DNA of 63,362 nucleotides, counting the filler, from Candidatus Methanoxibalbensis ujae (lineage in GTDB: Archaea > Halobacteriota > Syntropharchaeia > Alkanophagales > Methanospirareceae): assembly GCA_026134085.1 (NCBI GenBank). It is 3 parts of 3 records of this genome, joined end to end, with 100 filler letters (N's around TTAATTAATTAA, not from the genome) between each part and the next. Parts side by side here need not be neighbours in the genome. Positions count along the whole stretch, not along the records: positions 21,542 to 42,459 come from JAOQIN010000031.1; 2 more parts are not named here. One strand, given 5' to 3'. Within the stretch, counting starts at the first letter, position 1, and the number at the start of each line of letters is the position of its first letter. A program made the position numbers and the translations under genes. Shown here piece after piece: positions 31,839 through 42,088 of the stretch. The notes below the pieces were generated by a model. The model did no database searches. It was given only the letters and a program-made list of their open reading frames with translations, and was not told where the DNA came from.

Positions 31839-32366
31839 CTACTTCACTCTTATCACACTATATTTCTCACGCATTTCCCGTGTGATAAAGCCCACACCAC
31901 ATCTGTTCCCTATGATCTCTATGACAATGAGCTTGTCAGGATTCTTCAAATCAACCTTCGGCTTCTTACTGTGTATTCTCTCTATGAGATCATAGAGATA
32001 CCCTCCAACTTCCCTCTCAACAACCCTGCCTGATATATCTTCCTTCATACCTCGCCTCTCAACACGCACTGCAAATGTGTCTCCAGGCTCTATCTCATCA
32101 ATATATCGCTCAATTTTCTTCTTCAGTATGTCTATCAAATTGTCAGGCGATACAAAAAAAGTATCTTCAACCGGTATCACCCTGCTCAATCCGCGATATC
32201 TTCCGCTCTCCGCTTCCTCAAGGAAATCAGAGATGTCGGGCACGAGACCCACCAACACATCCCTGAACCCGGAGCGCCTGAAATCGCCATCCTCAGAGAG
32301 AGACTCAAGCAACTGCTTCTCAGAGCCGCTCTCCGCCACCACAACTACATTCCACTCCTTCAGCAT
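31839..32366 (-). CDS. Stand-alone THUMP-domain RNA-binding protein
   Basis: RVIPV, TFAVRVERRG, KVDLKNPDKLIVIEI. Confidence 0.8.
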   Translation of the reverse strand: MLKEWNVVVVAESGSEKQLLESLSEDGDFRRSGFRDVLVGLVPDISDFLEEAESGRYRGLSRVIPVEDTFFVSPDNLIDILKKKIERYIDEIEPGDTFAVRVERRGMKEDISGRVVEREVGGYLYDLIERIHSKKPKVDLKNPDKLIVIEIIGNRCGVGFITREMREKYSVIRVK

Positions 32367-32414
32367 CCTCCTTATTTAAAGGCCGCTGAATAATATATGC
32401 TGCGTCTCATCAGT

Positions 32415-32470
32415 CACATGCTTCACATGCTTCACATGCTTCACACGCTTCACACACTTCACATGCTTCA
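32415..32470. repeat. 9-bp tandem repeat CACATGCTT, about 6 copies
   Basis: Directly visible between the THUMP gene and cofC. Confidence 0.9.
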
Positions 32471-32556
32471 GAACGCGGTGAAATGCCTCTGAAATGCTGA
32501 CGGGCGCTGAAAATGCAAATAATATATGGGGTGCTCCTCCTTTCAAGGAGCGGAAG

Positions 32557-33381
32557 ATGTGCGCGAAAGCAGTTTTACCTTTCAAATGGAAGGGGGCAAA
32601 ATCCCGCCTTCATCCTTTTCTCAGCGTGAGGGAGAGAGAGGAGCTCGCACTGTGCATGCTGAAAGATGTGCTGCATGCGCTCTCATTGTCTGATGTTGAA
32701 GAGGCTGTTGTGATTGTGAGAGGAGATGCGGAGCAGCTGAGAGAGAACGTCATTGAACCGTCCAATCTCCGTCTGGAGTTCCGTGAGGATTTTGGAGAAC
32801 TGAACGAAGTGCTGAAAGGAGTTGTTCTCGGTGATGTTGATGAGACCTCTGATGAGACCTCATCAGAGAGATCGGAGAGAGAATCCCGTGTGCTTGTCAT
32901 GATGTCAGACCTGCCGCTCGTCAGGAATGTGCATATAAATGATGTGCTGAGATGCGATGCGGATATCGTGATAGTCCCGGGAAGAAGAGGAGGAACAAAT
33001 GCTATTTCTCTCAGAAACCCGAATGCTGCATCAATTTTCAGCTTCAGCTGCGGAATAAGCTTTCTGGAGCATATGAAGTGCGCGGAGAAAAGAGGAATGT
33101 CCGTATGCATATATGATTCCTTCTTCTTCAGCACTGATATAGATGAGGTGGGCGACCTGATAGACCTCATAGTGTTCGGAAACGGATTTGCATCTGAATA
33201 TCTGCGAAAAATAGGCGTTTTCATATCCGCCGAGGAACATCTCCACATCGCCCGCCGACCTGTTGCGTGCGCGGTCGGAGAGGAGGACACGAAGCAGATG
33301 GGCAAAAAGCATATCGCAGCGCCACGATGTGCGACGGGCAGCCTCCGGGCAGGAGGCTCTCCTTCCATCGGCAGGCCATGA
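32557..33381 (+). CDS. cofC: 2-phospho-L-lactate guanylyltransferase (F420 biosynthesis)
   Basis: PFK..AKSRL, MLKDV, MSDLP, GGTN, DID. Confidence 0.88.
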   Translation: MCAKAVLPFKWKGAKSRLHPFLSVREREELALCMLKDVLHALSLSDVEEAVVIVRGDAEQLRENVIEPSNLRLEFREDFGELNEVLKGVVLGDVDETSDETSSERSERESRVLVMMSDLPLVRNVHINDVLRCDADIVIVPGRRGGTNAISLRNPNAASIFSFSCGISFLEHMKCAEKRGMSVCIYDSFFFSTDIDEVGDLIDLIVFGNGFASEYLRKIGVFISAEEHLHIARRPVACAVGEEDTKQMGKKHIAAPRCATGSLRAGGSPSIGRP

Positions 33382-33498
33382 GCGTGGACGTTATTTATAT
33401 TATTTTTATATTATCTTTCTCTTGTTTTACAAACAAGCAAAGGCTGTCCCAGCCTGCGGACATGCCGGGTGCAAGCAGGAAGCCCGTTGTAACGTGAC

Positions 33499-34317
33499 AT
33501 GAGGGAAATGAAAAGAAAAACATGCATTCCTGCATGGATATTGAAATACAGAGATAGGATAGAGAGGGGAGAGATAACACCGGAACAGATATTGGAGGAG
33601 GAGAACAGGAGAAGAGAGAAGCCAATAAAACTGGCAACAGTGAAAAGAGCGATCAACTCCTTGGGATACTCCGTGGAGGAGCTCAGGCGGCGAGGAATGA
33701 TCGGTTCATCGGTGGCACCACACGCAGGAAATGAAGGAACTGAGGGATCTGCTGCTTTGCAGGAGGAGGCAGAGGCTCCGGAAGAAAAAATCCAGCAAAC
33801 TGAGGAAGTGAGTGTGAGTGAAAGCAAAGAGGCTGGTGAGGAAGGAGAGGCTGGTGAGGGAGAAGAGGCAAAAAAGAGGAGAAGAAAGGAAGAAGCACCT
33901 GCATGGATACTCAGATACAGGGATAAGATAGAGAGGGGAGAGATAACACCGGAACAGATATTGGAGGAGGAGAACAGGAGAAGAGAGAAGCCAATAAAAC
34001 TGGCAACAGTGAAAAGAGCAATAAACGCGCTTGGATTCTCAGTTGGCGCTCTCAGAGCTGAGGAGAGGGGGGCACGCGGCGTGCCTGAGGCGGAAGTCGC
34101 TGAACATCCTGTCCAACCAGCGGAGCGTGAGGTGGCAGCTGCCGGATATCGCATAGACGCCATCTCCGAGAAGACAAGAATAAAATTCATGGAAGTGAAG
34201 AGGAAATGGGAGGAGAGTCTCGGCAAATCAATGTCCAATGATCACTTCATGAACATACTGCTTGCACTCGCGAGCCTTGTTGAACATGGAAAGACGCTTG
34301 TCAGAAGGAGCTTATAA
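33499..34317 (+). CDS. Hypothetical protein with a duplicated ~47-aa domain, an acidic linker and a possible ribbon-helix-helix C-terminus
   Basis: Open 272-aa frame between co-oriented cofC and mfnD; identical 93-nt blocks at 33558-33650 and 33927-34019. Confidence 0.75.
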   Translation: MREMKRKTCIPAWILKYRDRIERGEITPEQILEEENRRREKPIKLATVKRAINSLGYSVEELRRRGMIGSSVAPHAGNEGTEGSAALQEEAEAPEEKIQQTEEVSVSESKEAGEEGEAGEGEEAKKRRRKEEAPAWILRYRDKIERGEITPEQILEEENRRREKPIKLATVKRAINALGFSVGALRAEERGARGVPEAEVAEHPVQPAEREVAAAGYRIDAISEKTRIKFMEVKRKWEESLGKSMSNDHFMNILLALASLVEHGKTLVRRSL

Positions 34318-34321
34318 AGCA

Positions 34322-35347
34322 ATGCGCGTGATGATCGCCGAATATGCTGTGGGCAGCTGCGATGAGAGGCGAATCTCACTGCTCAGAGAGGGCAGAGCGA
34401 TGCTTCATACACTCAGGAAGAGCTTTGAGAGCCTCGGTCATGATGTTGTGAGCCCCTATGAAGAGCATGATTTTGCAGATGCCGTTGAAAAACTTTCCAA
34501 AAAAAGTGATGCTGGCATTGTAATCGCTCCTGATGACATACTGGCAGAGCTCACTGCCGTCGTTGAGGAGAACACGCTCAACCTCGGCTGTCCGTCTGAG
34601 GCTGTGAGGATATGCGCCGACAAGCTCAGAACAACCGAGATACTGCGAGAAAACGGAATTCCTGCACCTGAGATTTATGACTTTCGCAGCAGCTGCCACA
34701 TATCAAACGCTCACACAAACTCAAAAAACAGCGGCACAGGCGAACATCGCATCGTGATAAAGCCCAGATATGGCTGCGGCTCAGAAGGTGTGTTTGTCGT
34801 TCGTGATATCTGTGATGTTTGTGGTGTGCCGCCACCGGCTGACCAAATACCGGCTGACCAAATATTGACCTCATATGTTGAAGGAGATGATGTCAGCGTG
34901 AGCATGGTTGCAGGCGCATCAAATGCACTCCTGCTCACAGTGAATAAGCAGCATGTGAACAGATACAAAGTGCGGAATCGTGATGACGTCGGTGACGTTG
35001 GTGTTGAATTCAAAGTGGAGGAGAGGCTCGTATTTGAAGGTTGCTCAGTGCCCTACACGGTGGGGGAGATATGGTTGAGTGCGCTTAAGCGGCTGAGCGT
35101 GCGAGCTGCGCATGTTCTCGGCTGCCGTGGATATTTCGGTATTGATTTCGTGCTCGGCAATGATGGAAATGCATATGTGGTTGATGTAAATCCGAGAGCG
35201 ACGACAGCACTTGTGTGCGTGGCAAGAGTGCTCAACATTGAAATCGCAGATCTCATATTGAGAGCAGCTCGCGATGAACTGCCCGCGGAGGATGAGATAT
35301 GTGTGTGTGGAAAATGCACATTTCGTCCGTCAGCCTCTCCCGTATGA
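34322..35347 (+). CDS. mfnD: Tyramine-glutamate ligase-like ATP-grasp protein (methanofuran biosynthesis)
   Basis: EYA, EGRAML, IAPD, CADK, KPRYGCGSEG, GYFGID, DVNPRATT. Confidence 0.8.
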   Translation: MRVMIAEYAVGSCDERRISLLREGRAMLHTLRKSFESLGHDVVSPYEEHDFADAVEKLSKKSDAGIVIAPDDILAELTAVVEENTLNLGCPSEAVRICADKLRTTEILRENGIPAPEIYDFRSSCHISNAHTNSKNSGTGEHRIVIKPRYGCGSEGVFVVRDICDVCGVPPPADQIPADQILTSYVEGDDVSVSMVAGASNALLLTVNKQHVNRYKVRNRDDVGDVGVEFKVEERLVFEGCSVPYTVGEIWLSALKRLSVRAAHVLGCRGYFGIDFVLGNDGNAYVVDVNPRATTALVCVARVLNIEIADLILRAARDELPAEDEICVCGKCTFRPSASPV

Positions 35348-35594
35348 GAGGAGTTTTCGGATGCGGTTCATGCTGACGGGACCCGAATCAGTCATCAAAA
35401 AACGGAACACAAGCACTTAATGGCTTCCCTGGCGGTGGCAGTGTGAAAAGTGTGAAAGGGAGGGGAGAGCGTGATGCTTGCGTGGTTTTCCGTTCTCCCT
35501 CCCGTTCTCGTGTGAGATGAGCGTTCCCTGTGTGAGATGAGTGTTCCCTGTGTGGAGTGTTCCCGCAGAGCATGAGGCAGACGGGGTGTTTGTG

Positions 35595-36047
35595 ATGATA
35601 AATGTTGTGATAATAAATATAAAGAAAATAATAAGAAAAGAAACAAGGAAAAAGGAGAAAACAGAAGAGAGAGAAATCTGCATTCTGAGGGAGACACTTG
35701 ATTTTATATTATCGGCGTGCATGAGCACGCATCCGAACGAGTTTGTGGGGCTGCTCACCACGGATAAAGGAGCGAGAAATCTGATTTCAGATGTCATAAT
35801 ACTGCCAGGAACGCACTCTTCAGCGTTCAGCGCGTATTTGAGGGAGGATATGATACCTCTTGGCATGCGTTTCATAGGCACCGTTCACAGCCATCCTCAT
35901 CCGCATGCATCACATCCATCCGCGCGGGATATGCATGTCTTCGCTCGGTTCGGAAAATGCCATATAATCACCTTCTTCCCATACTGCGAGAGCTGCTGGA
36001 AATGTTATAACGCATCAGGACGCGAGATATCGTTGAGGGTGATATAA
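35595..36047 (+). CDS. JAMM/MPN+ metalloprotease
   Basis: HPNEF ... GTVHSHP ... PSARD. Confidence 0.85.
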   Translation: MINVVIINIKKIIRKETRKKEKTEEREICILRETLDFILSACMSTHPNEFVGLLTTDKGARNLISDVIILPGTHSSAFSAYLREDMIPLGMRFIGTVHSHPHPHASHPSARDMHVFARFGKCHIITFFPYCESCWKCYNASGREISLRVI

Positions 36048-36203
36048 AGCGTAGTTGAAAGGGATATAAAGTGATATGATGGGTGATGCATCTGTTGTTG
36101 CATGATGTGCACTGCATGATCGTTGCGATTGCATTATGTGTATGATGTGCATTGTTGTGCGATGATGCATGAGCTGTTGAGAAACGGCGATGGTGTGAGG
36201 CAT

Positions 36204-36662
36204 ATGTGCGAGGAAAATAAGAAGGTAAGGGTGCTTGCGACCGGCACATTTGACATACTTCATCCCGGGCACCTGATGTATCTTGAGGAATCCCGCAAGC
36301 TCGGTGACGAGTTGTATGTGATAGTGAGCAGAGATAAAAATGTGAGCAGGCGTAAAAGGAAGCCGATAATACCGGAGGAGCAGCGTTTGAGGATTGTTTC
36401 TGCGCTTAAATGCGTTGATTACGCGATGCTCGGCAGTGAGCACGACATATATGAACCTTTATATAGGATAAAGCCCGATATTATCACCATAGGATACGAC
36501 CAGCGCTTTGATGAGGAGGAGCTTGAGAATGAGCTCCGCCGGAGAGGAATAAATTCAAAAGTGATACGAATTAATAAAAAAGAGGAATGCAGATTATGTA
36601 AGGTTGAAAGCATAATATCATATATACTGGAGGAGATGAGATATGGAGGAAAAAAAGAATGA
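36204..36662 (+). CDS. ribL: Archaeal FAD synthetase (cytidylyltransferase fold)
   Basis: [23 protein letters not shown]-terminal CxxC. Confidence 0.85.
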   Translation: MCEENKKVRVLATGTFDILHPGHLMYLEESRKLGDELYVIVSRDKNVSRRKRKPIIPEEQRLRIVSALKCVDYAMLGSEHDIYEPLYRIKPDIITIGYDQRFDEEELENELRRRGINSKVIRINKKEECRLCKVESIISYILEEMRYGGKKE

Positions 36663-37113
36663 GCATAAGCATGAGGGAGGGTATGAATTGCATGAGGGAG
36701 AGCACGGATTGACGAGAATAGGCGTGTCCCTGCCCGCAAATTTGCTTGAAAAATTTGATAGTATTATAAGGAGCAGGGGATATTCATCACGATCAGAGGG
36801 AATAAGAGATGCAATAAGAGCATATATAGTTGAATATGAATGGATGCGTGGAGAATCTGGAGATCAGATAGGAACAATAACATATATATATGATCACAGT
36901 CAGCGTGGATTGGTTAGCGAGTTGATGGATATACAGCATCATTATCTTGATATGATAAAATCGTCGACACACATTCATCTTGATGAGGAGAACTGTTTTG
37001 AGGTTATCGTGCTGAAGGGGGATGCAAACAGGATAAGGGAGCTTGCTGAGAACATAATGCGGCTGAGGGGCGTGAAGCATGTGAAACTGACGACGACGCA
37101 CGGCCGTATATGA
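36643..37113 (+). CDS. nikR: Nickel-responsive regulator
   Basis: [34 protein letters not shown]. Confidence 0.93.
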   Translation: MEEKKNEHKHEGGYELHEGEHGLTRIGVSLPANLLEKFDSIIRSRGYSSRSEGIRDAIRAYIVEYEWMRGESGDQIGTITYIYDHSQRGLVSELMDIQHHYLDMIKSSTHIHLDEENCFEVIVLKGDANRIRELAENIMRLRGVKHVKLTTTHGRI

Positions 37114-37204
37114 GGTCGTGATTATGATACTTTATGATAAAGCTGAAAGAGTGATAGAGCTGAAAGAGCTGAGAAAGAAGGACACGAGAGAGTGTGAAGT
37201 GGAT

Positions 37205-37846
37205 ATGGAAGCGGTGGAAATGGTAAATGTGATGAGAGGAACCACAACTGTTGGACTCATATGTGATGGAGGCGTCGTTCTGGCGAGCGAGAGGAGAGCT
37301 ACTCTGGGAGGCTCTTTCATCGCGTCACGCGCTGCCCGAAAGATATATCGTGTGGATGATCGCATGGCAGTGACAGTCGCGGGGATTGTAGGGGATGCGC
37401 AGACTCTCGTGAGGATAATATCAGTGGAATCGCAGCTTTATAAAATAAGAAGGGGGGAGCCCATAACAGTGAGAGGTGTCGCAACGCTGCTCGCAAATGT
37501 GCTCAGCGGTCAGCGCTTCCTGCCTTACATCGTTCAGCTTCTCGTAGGAGGCATAGACAGGCACGGTCCGCATATATTCTCAATTGATGCGTTCGGCGGC
37601 ACGACTGAGGAGAAGGACATCGCAGCAACTGGTTCGGGGTCACCTATCGCATACGGCGTCCTTGAGGACAGATACAGGGAGGGCATAAACATTTCGGAGG
37701 GCATAGAACTGGCGGTCCAGGCATTGAACAGCGCGATGAAAAGGGATGCAGCATCAGGTGATGATATGGAGGTTGTGGCAATAACAAAAGAAAAATATGA
37801 AGAGGTGAGCAAAGAGGTTATAGATAGAATACGCGGCAGGAAGTGA
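37205..37846 (+). CDS. psmB: Proteasome beta subunit
   Basis: Propeptide then G|TTTVG, AG.VGDAQ, TGSGS, RDAASG. Confidence 0.94.
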   Translation: MEAVEMVNVMRGTTTVGLICDGGVVLASERRATLGGSFIASRAARKIYRVDDRMAVTVAGIVGDAQTLVRIISVESQLYKIRRGEPITVRGVATLLANVLSGQRFLPYIVQLLVGGIDRHGPHIFSIDAFGGTTEEKDIAATGSGSPIAYGVLEDRYREGINISEGIELAVQALNSAMKRDAASGDDMEVVAITKEKYEEVSKEVIDRIRGRK

Positions 37847-38058
37847 ATCTGAGAGGCTGCAACGGAGCCTCAATGATGCTGTGAATTATGTGAATGAAGC
37901 GAATGAGATGAAAGAAGCAAATGTAGTGGATGATGTGTATGAAACTGATGATACATCGTATGAAACTGATGAGACATCAAATAGACAGATTGGACACATC
38001 ATTCAATGCAATGCACATTATTCCCTGACCTGTGTGAGCGGAAGGATGTGAGATTGTG

Positions 38059-39948
38059 ATGACGACTGCGGATGAGAGGCTACAATTATTGAAGAAAAGG
38101 ATAAGGGAGTTGCTACCCAAGGATGTCAGGATAACGGATGTGCAGTTTGAAGGGCCTTCCATCGTGATATACACGGAGGACACACATCGCTTCTTGGACG
38201 ACAGCTCGCTTGTAAGGATGCTTGCGAAGGAGTTGAAGAAACGCATATCAGTGAGACCGAGCAGCTCGCTGCTTAAGCCGCCCGAAGAGGCGATGAAGAT
38301 ACTGAGGAAAGAGCTGCCTGAGGAGAGCGGCATAAAGGACATTTACTTCAACATTGACAGGGGAGAAGTCATCATAGAGGCGGAGAAGCCGGGCGTCTGC
38401 ATAGGCAAGCAGGGCGTATCTGTTAAGGAGATCGCGAAGAAAATAGGATGGAAGCCTCTCGTCATAAGAGCACCACCAATTCGATCATCAATCATAGAGA
38501 ACATAAGAAGATACCTGCGTGATGAGAGCGAGTTCAGGCGGGAGTTCCTCAAAAAAGTCGGAAAGCGTATTTTCAGGAAGAAGCTGTCAACTGACAACTG
38601 GCTCAGGGTGACAATGCTCGGAGGCTGCAGAGAGGTGGGCAGAAATGCTTTCCTCGTTTCAACGCCCGAGACGAAGGTTCTCATAGACTGCGGTGTCAGC
38701 GTGGGATCGGAGATGATCCCATATCTCTATGTGCCTGAGGTCTCTCCGCTTGACAGCATAGACGCTGTCATCCTCACGCATGCACACCTCGACCACTCCG
38801 GACTTCTGCCTCTTCTGTTCCAGTACGGATATGAAGGCCCCGTATACATGACGCAGCCAACTAGGGACATGATGGCACTGCTTCTCCTTGATTACATAGA
38901 TGTGACATCAAGAGATGGCGGCAGAATACCATATAAGTCATCTCACATACGAGATGTAATACGCCACACAATCACTCTCAAATACGGCGAGGTAACTGAC
39001 ATCGCACCTGACATCAAGCTGACGCTGTACAACGCGGGTCACATACTCGGGTCCTCAATAGTTCATCTTCACATAGGCAACGGCGCATACAACATAGTGT
39101 TCACCGGCGACATAAAATACGAGCACACATTTCTGTTTGAACCGGCATTTAACGGATTTCAAAGGATAGAGGCGCTTGTCATTGAATCCACATACGGAGG
39201 TCCTGAAGACATTCAGCCACCGCGAAAAGATGCAGAAAAACGATTGAAAGAGGTCATAGAACGCACCATAAACAGGGGAGGAAAGGTCATAATACCAGCA
39301 TTCGCAGTCGGAAGGTCGCAGGAGGTCATGATCGCACTTGAGCATATGAAACTTCCTGTAACCGTGTATCTCGATGGCATGATATGGGAAGCCACTGCAG
39401 TCCACACAGCATATCCCGAATATCTCAGCAGAGATCTGAAGGAGAAAATATATCAGGAGCAGAACCCATTTTTATCTGAAATCTTTGAGCAGGTTGATGA
39501 TGTTGATAAGCGTCGTGAGGTGATCGAGGAGAAAGAGCCCTCAGTCATACTCACAACTTCAGGCATGCTGAACGGAGGTCCTGTGCTTGAATATCTCAGA
39601 TCGCTCGCACCAGACGAGAAAAACACTCTCATATTTGTTGGATATCAGGCAGAAGGCACACTCGGAAGGCGCATCCAGAAGGGATGGAAGGAAATACAGT
39701 TCTCAACCGCCGGAAAAATAGAGAATGTCAAGATAAACATGGAAGTTGAGACAATTGATGGATTCTCAGGTCATTCCGACAGAAATCAGCTTATAAGCTA
39801 TGTCGCTGACATGCGCACAACACCGTCAAAAATAGTGTGTGTGCATGGCGAAGGCACAAAATGCATAGCACTCGCAAGCGCACTCCATAAACGATTTTCA
39901 GTGGAAACAATCGCACCTCATAACCTCGAAACAATAAGATTCCTGTGA
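38059..39948 (+). CDS. fttA: KH-domain beta-CASP ribonuclease aCPSF1 (FttA)
   Basis: N-terminal KH domains, THAHLDH, AGHILGS, ESTYG, GFSGHSD; follows psmB. Confidence 0.95.
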   Translation: MTTADERLQLLKKRIRELLPKDVRITDVQFEGPSIVIYTEDTHRFLDDSSLVRMLAKELKKRISVRPSSSLLKPPEEAMKILRKELPEESGIKDIYFNIDRGEVIIEAEKPGVCIGKQGVSVKEIAKKIGWKPLVIRAPPIRSSIIENIRRYLRDESEFRREFLKKVGKRIFRKKLSTDNWLRVTMLGGCREVGRNAFLVSTPETKVLIDCGVSVGSEMIPYLYVPEVSPLDSIDAVILTHAHLDHSGLLPLLFQYGYEGPVYMTQPTRDMMALLLLDYIDVTSRDGGRIPYKSSHIRDVIRHTITLKYGEVTDIAPDIKLTLYNAGHILGSSIVHLHIGNGAYNIVFTGDIKYEHTFLFEPAFNGFQRIEALVIESTYGGPEDIQPPRKDAEKRLKEVIERTINRGGKVIIPAFAVGRSQEVMIALEHMKLPVTVYLDGMIWEATAVHTAYPEYLSRDLKEKIYQEQNPFLSEIFEQVDDVDKRREVIEEKEPSVILTTSGMLNGGPVLEYLRSLAPDEKNTLIFVGYQAEGTLGRRIQKGWKEIQFSTAGKIENVKINMEVETIDGFSGHSDRNQLISYVADMRTTPSKIVCVHGEGTKCIALASALHKRFSVETIAPHNLETIRFL

Positions 39949-40167
39949 CCTCTCCGCATCCGCTGATCACACAACACAAACAAACAAAACAGACTCAGTT
40001 GCTCACAACTACGCTCCCTCAGTTACAAAAACAAAATAACTCCGCTCATAACATCGTCGGCGATTTGTTTATGATTCATTTTTGATACAATGCATGAGAC
40101 GTTTTTGTTTTGATGAAAGTGAAAATATAAAAATAAATAAAAAATAAAAAAAATAAAAAAATAATAA

Positions 40168-40707
40168 TCATATATCCATTTCTGCTTTCATCTGCTCCCA
40201 CATCTCATCTGAAATTTTGAACTGAGGTTGCTCATCCATTATGTTTCCTATCTCCATTGCGCAGACAACGCAAAACATAAATATTCCGATGACAGCCATA
40301 GGAGGCATAATCAATCGGCATTCAGCGATGTAAAATGCGTTGTTAAGTGCTGCGAGTGAGCCACCAATGACGAAAGCGAACATGAAAAGCGACGATGTCC
40401 ATTTCATTTCACGATGCATTTGAAGTGGAAACAGCAGAAGTGCAGCAGCACAGAATATCTTGAAAAGGACAAAGCCCGGGAAACCCTGCGTTGAGAACAC
40501 GAACCGCATGAGCGGATTGAATTCCGCATACACACCATATTTTTCAATCATGATCGCAGCAGTTATCCCGTCAAGAAATCCAAATGCAAGCACGCCAGCG
40601 ACATACATCATGACGGGAACTGCGACATTCTCATCTGAGTTACATGCATTTTTTACCTTCATATTGTATAATATGAGCAATATTGCATTTAAACTGTATT
40701 CCTGCAT
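40168..40707 (-). CDS. Hypothetical membrane protein (DUF5658-like D..T..E.NP motif); start uncertain
   Basis: LDGITA...EFNPL and several hydrophobic segments. Confidence 0.55.
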   Translation of the reverse strand: MQEYSLNAILLILYNMKVKNACNSDENVAVPVMMYVAGVLAFGFLDGITAAIMIEKYGVYAEFNPLMRFVFSTQGFPGFVLFKIFCAAALLLFPLQMHREMKWTSSLFMFAFVIGGSLAALNNAFYIAECRLIMPPMAVIGIFMFCVVCAMEIGNIMDEQPQFKISDEMWEQMKAEMDI

Positions 40708-40846
40708 ATCAGAAAAATCTCAAATTACGCTAAATAAAGAGGTTATTGTTTCAAATATGAGTTGAAATTTTGTGAATATAAATTGTGCATGTTTTCAAAA
40801 AAGCGAAAATTCTTTTATGTCCATTTTTCATATATGATGATGTGCG

Positions 40847-41992
40847 ATGTCATCAAAGATGTCATCAAAGCGGAGCAGTGAGCGTTTTGTGCCTCACATA
40901 ATATCGTGGAACATGACATTCAGGTGCAATCTGAGGTGTGCTCATTGTTATATAGATGCAGCTCAATCAACGCATGAATCAAAGGTTGCACCAGCTGTCG
41001 GGCGTGAGCTGAGCACTGAGGAGGGGATAAATCTCGTGGATCAGATTGCTGATGTGAGCCTGCCGATACTGGTGTTGAGCGGTGGTGAGCCTCTGCTGCG
41101 TGAGGATGTGTATCATATTGCGTCTTATGCCCATGAGAAAGGACTCACAGTAGTCATGGGAACAAATGGCACGCTTATCACTGATGAAGTTGCGAGAAAT
41201 CTACGGGAATGTGGTGTGAAGCGTGTTGCGATAAGCATTGATTCAGTTGAGGCCGCCAAACATGATGCGTTCAGAGGCGTGAAAGGTGCGTGGAAAAGTG
41301 CGGTATCGGGGATTGATGCGTGCATCAGGAAAGATGTCGAGGTGCAGATAAACACAACTGTGACGCAGCAGAATTATGATGAGATAGAGCGCATACTGGA
41401 TTTCGCCGTTGAGCGCGGTGCGTGCGCATTTCATCTTTTCTTCCTTGTCCCCACAGGGCGAGGTAAGAGCGTTGAGGACATCACAGCAGAAATGTATGAG
41501 CAGATGTTGAACGATGTGCTTGAGTGGAGCAGGAGTTCTCCCATAGAGTTCAGACCTATCTGCGCACCACAGTTCATGCGTATAGCAGCGCAGAAGGGCA
41601 TTCGCAACGAAAAATGGAAGAAAGGCTGCATCGCAGGCATAACTTACTGCCGTATATATCCATCAGGTGAGGTGACACCGTGTCCTTATCTTCCGATAGA
41701 TGTCGGTAATATAAGGGAAAAGCACTTTCGTGACATATGGTTTCAATCAGATGTGCTGAATGCACTGCGAAATCCTGATAATCTGAAGGGAAAATGCGGG
41801 GTGTGCGAGTATCGCCGCATATGCGGTGGATGCAGAGCAAGAGCATATGGAATCACATCTTTCGTTGACTTCTGCGGAGGTCTTCAGGCTCCTTCCTCGT
41901 TGAGTGGTGATTTTCTCGCCGAGGAGCCCTGGTGCCCATATCAACCAATCGCTGATCAGCCGGCTCACGGGGCTCACGGAAAAGACAGGTGA
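40847..41992 (+). CDS. Radical SAM/SPASM protein, AhbC/AhbD-like
   Basis: WNMT.RCNLRCAHCY, SGGEPL, LVPTGRG; SPASM CIAG..PCPY..GKCGVCEY..CGGCRARA. Confidence 0.85.
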   Translation: MSSKMSSKRSSERFVPHIISWNMTFRCNLRCAHCYIDAAQSTHESKVAPAVGRELSTEEGINLVDQIADVSLPILVLSGGEPLLREDVYHIASYAHEKGLTVVMGTNGTLITDEVARNLRECGVKRVAISIDSVEAAKHDAFRGVKGAWKSAVSGIDACIRKDVEVQINTTVTQQNYDEIERILDFAVERGACAFHLFFLVPTGRGKSVEDITAEMYEQMLNDVLEWSRSSPIEFRPICAPQFMRIAAQKGIRNEKWKKGCIAGITYCRIYPSGEVTPCPYLPIDVGNIREKHFRDIWFQSDVLNALRNPDNLKGKCGVCEYRRICGGCRARAYGITSFVDFCGGLQAPSSLSGDFLAEEPWCPYQPIADQPAHGAHGKDR

Positions 41993-42088
41993 GTATGTGA
42001 AGAATGGAGCATGACTGCCGGAAGTCTGTCAATGGAAGCCGAAGAGAAGGCTGATTGATGTGGCTGCTGAAGATGGGAGGGAGACAAA

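Noticed and set aside
40120..40167. AAAAT-rich tract (also ~46280-46335)
   Set aside because: T-rich on the minus strand just after a stop, so likely an ordinary archaeal terminator or AT-rich spacer.
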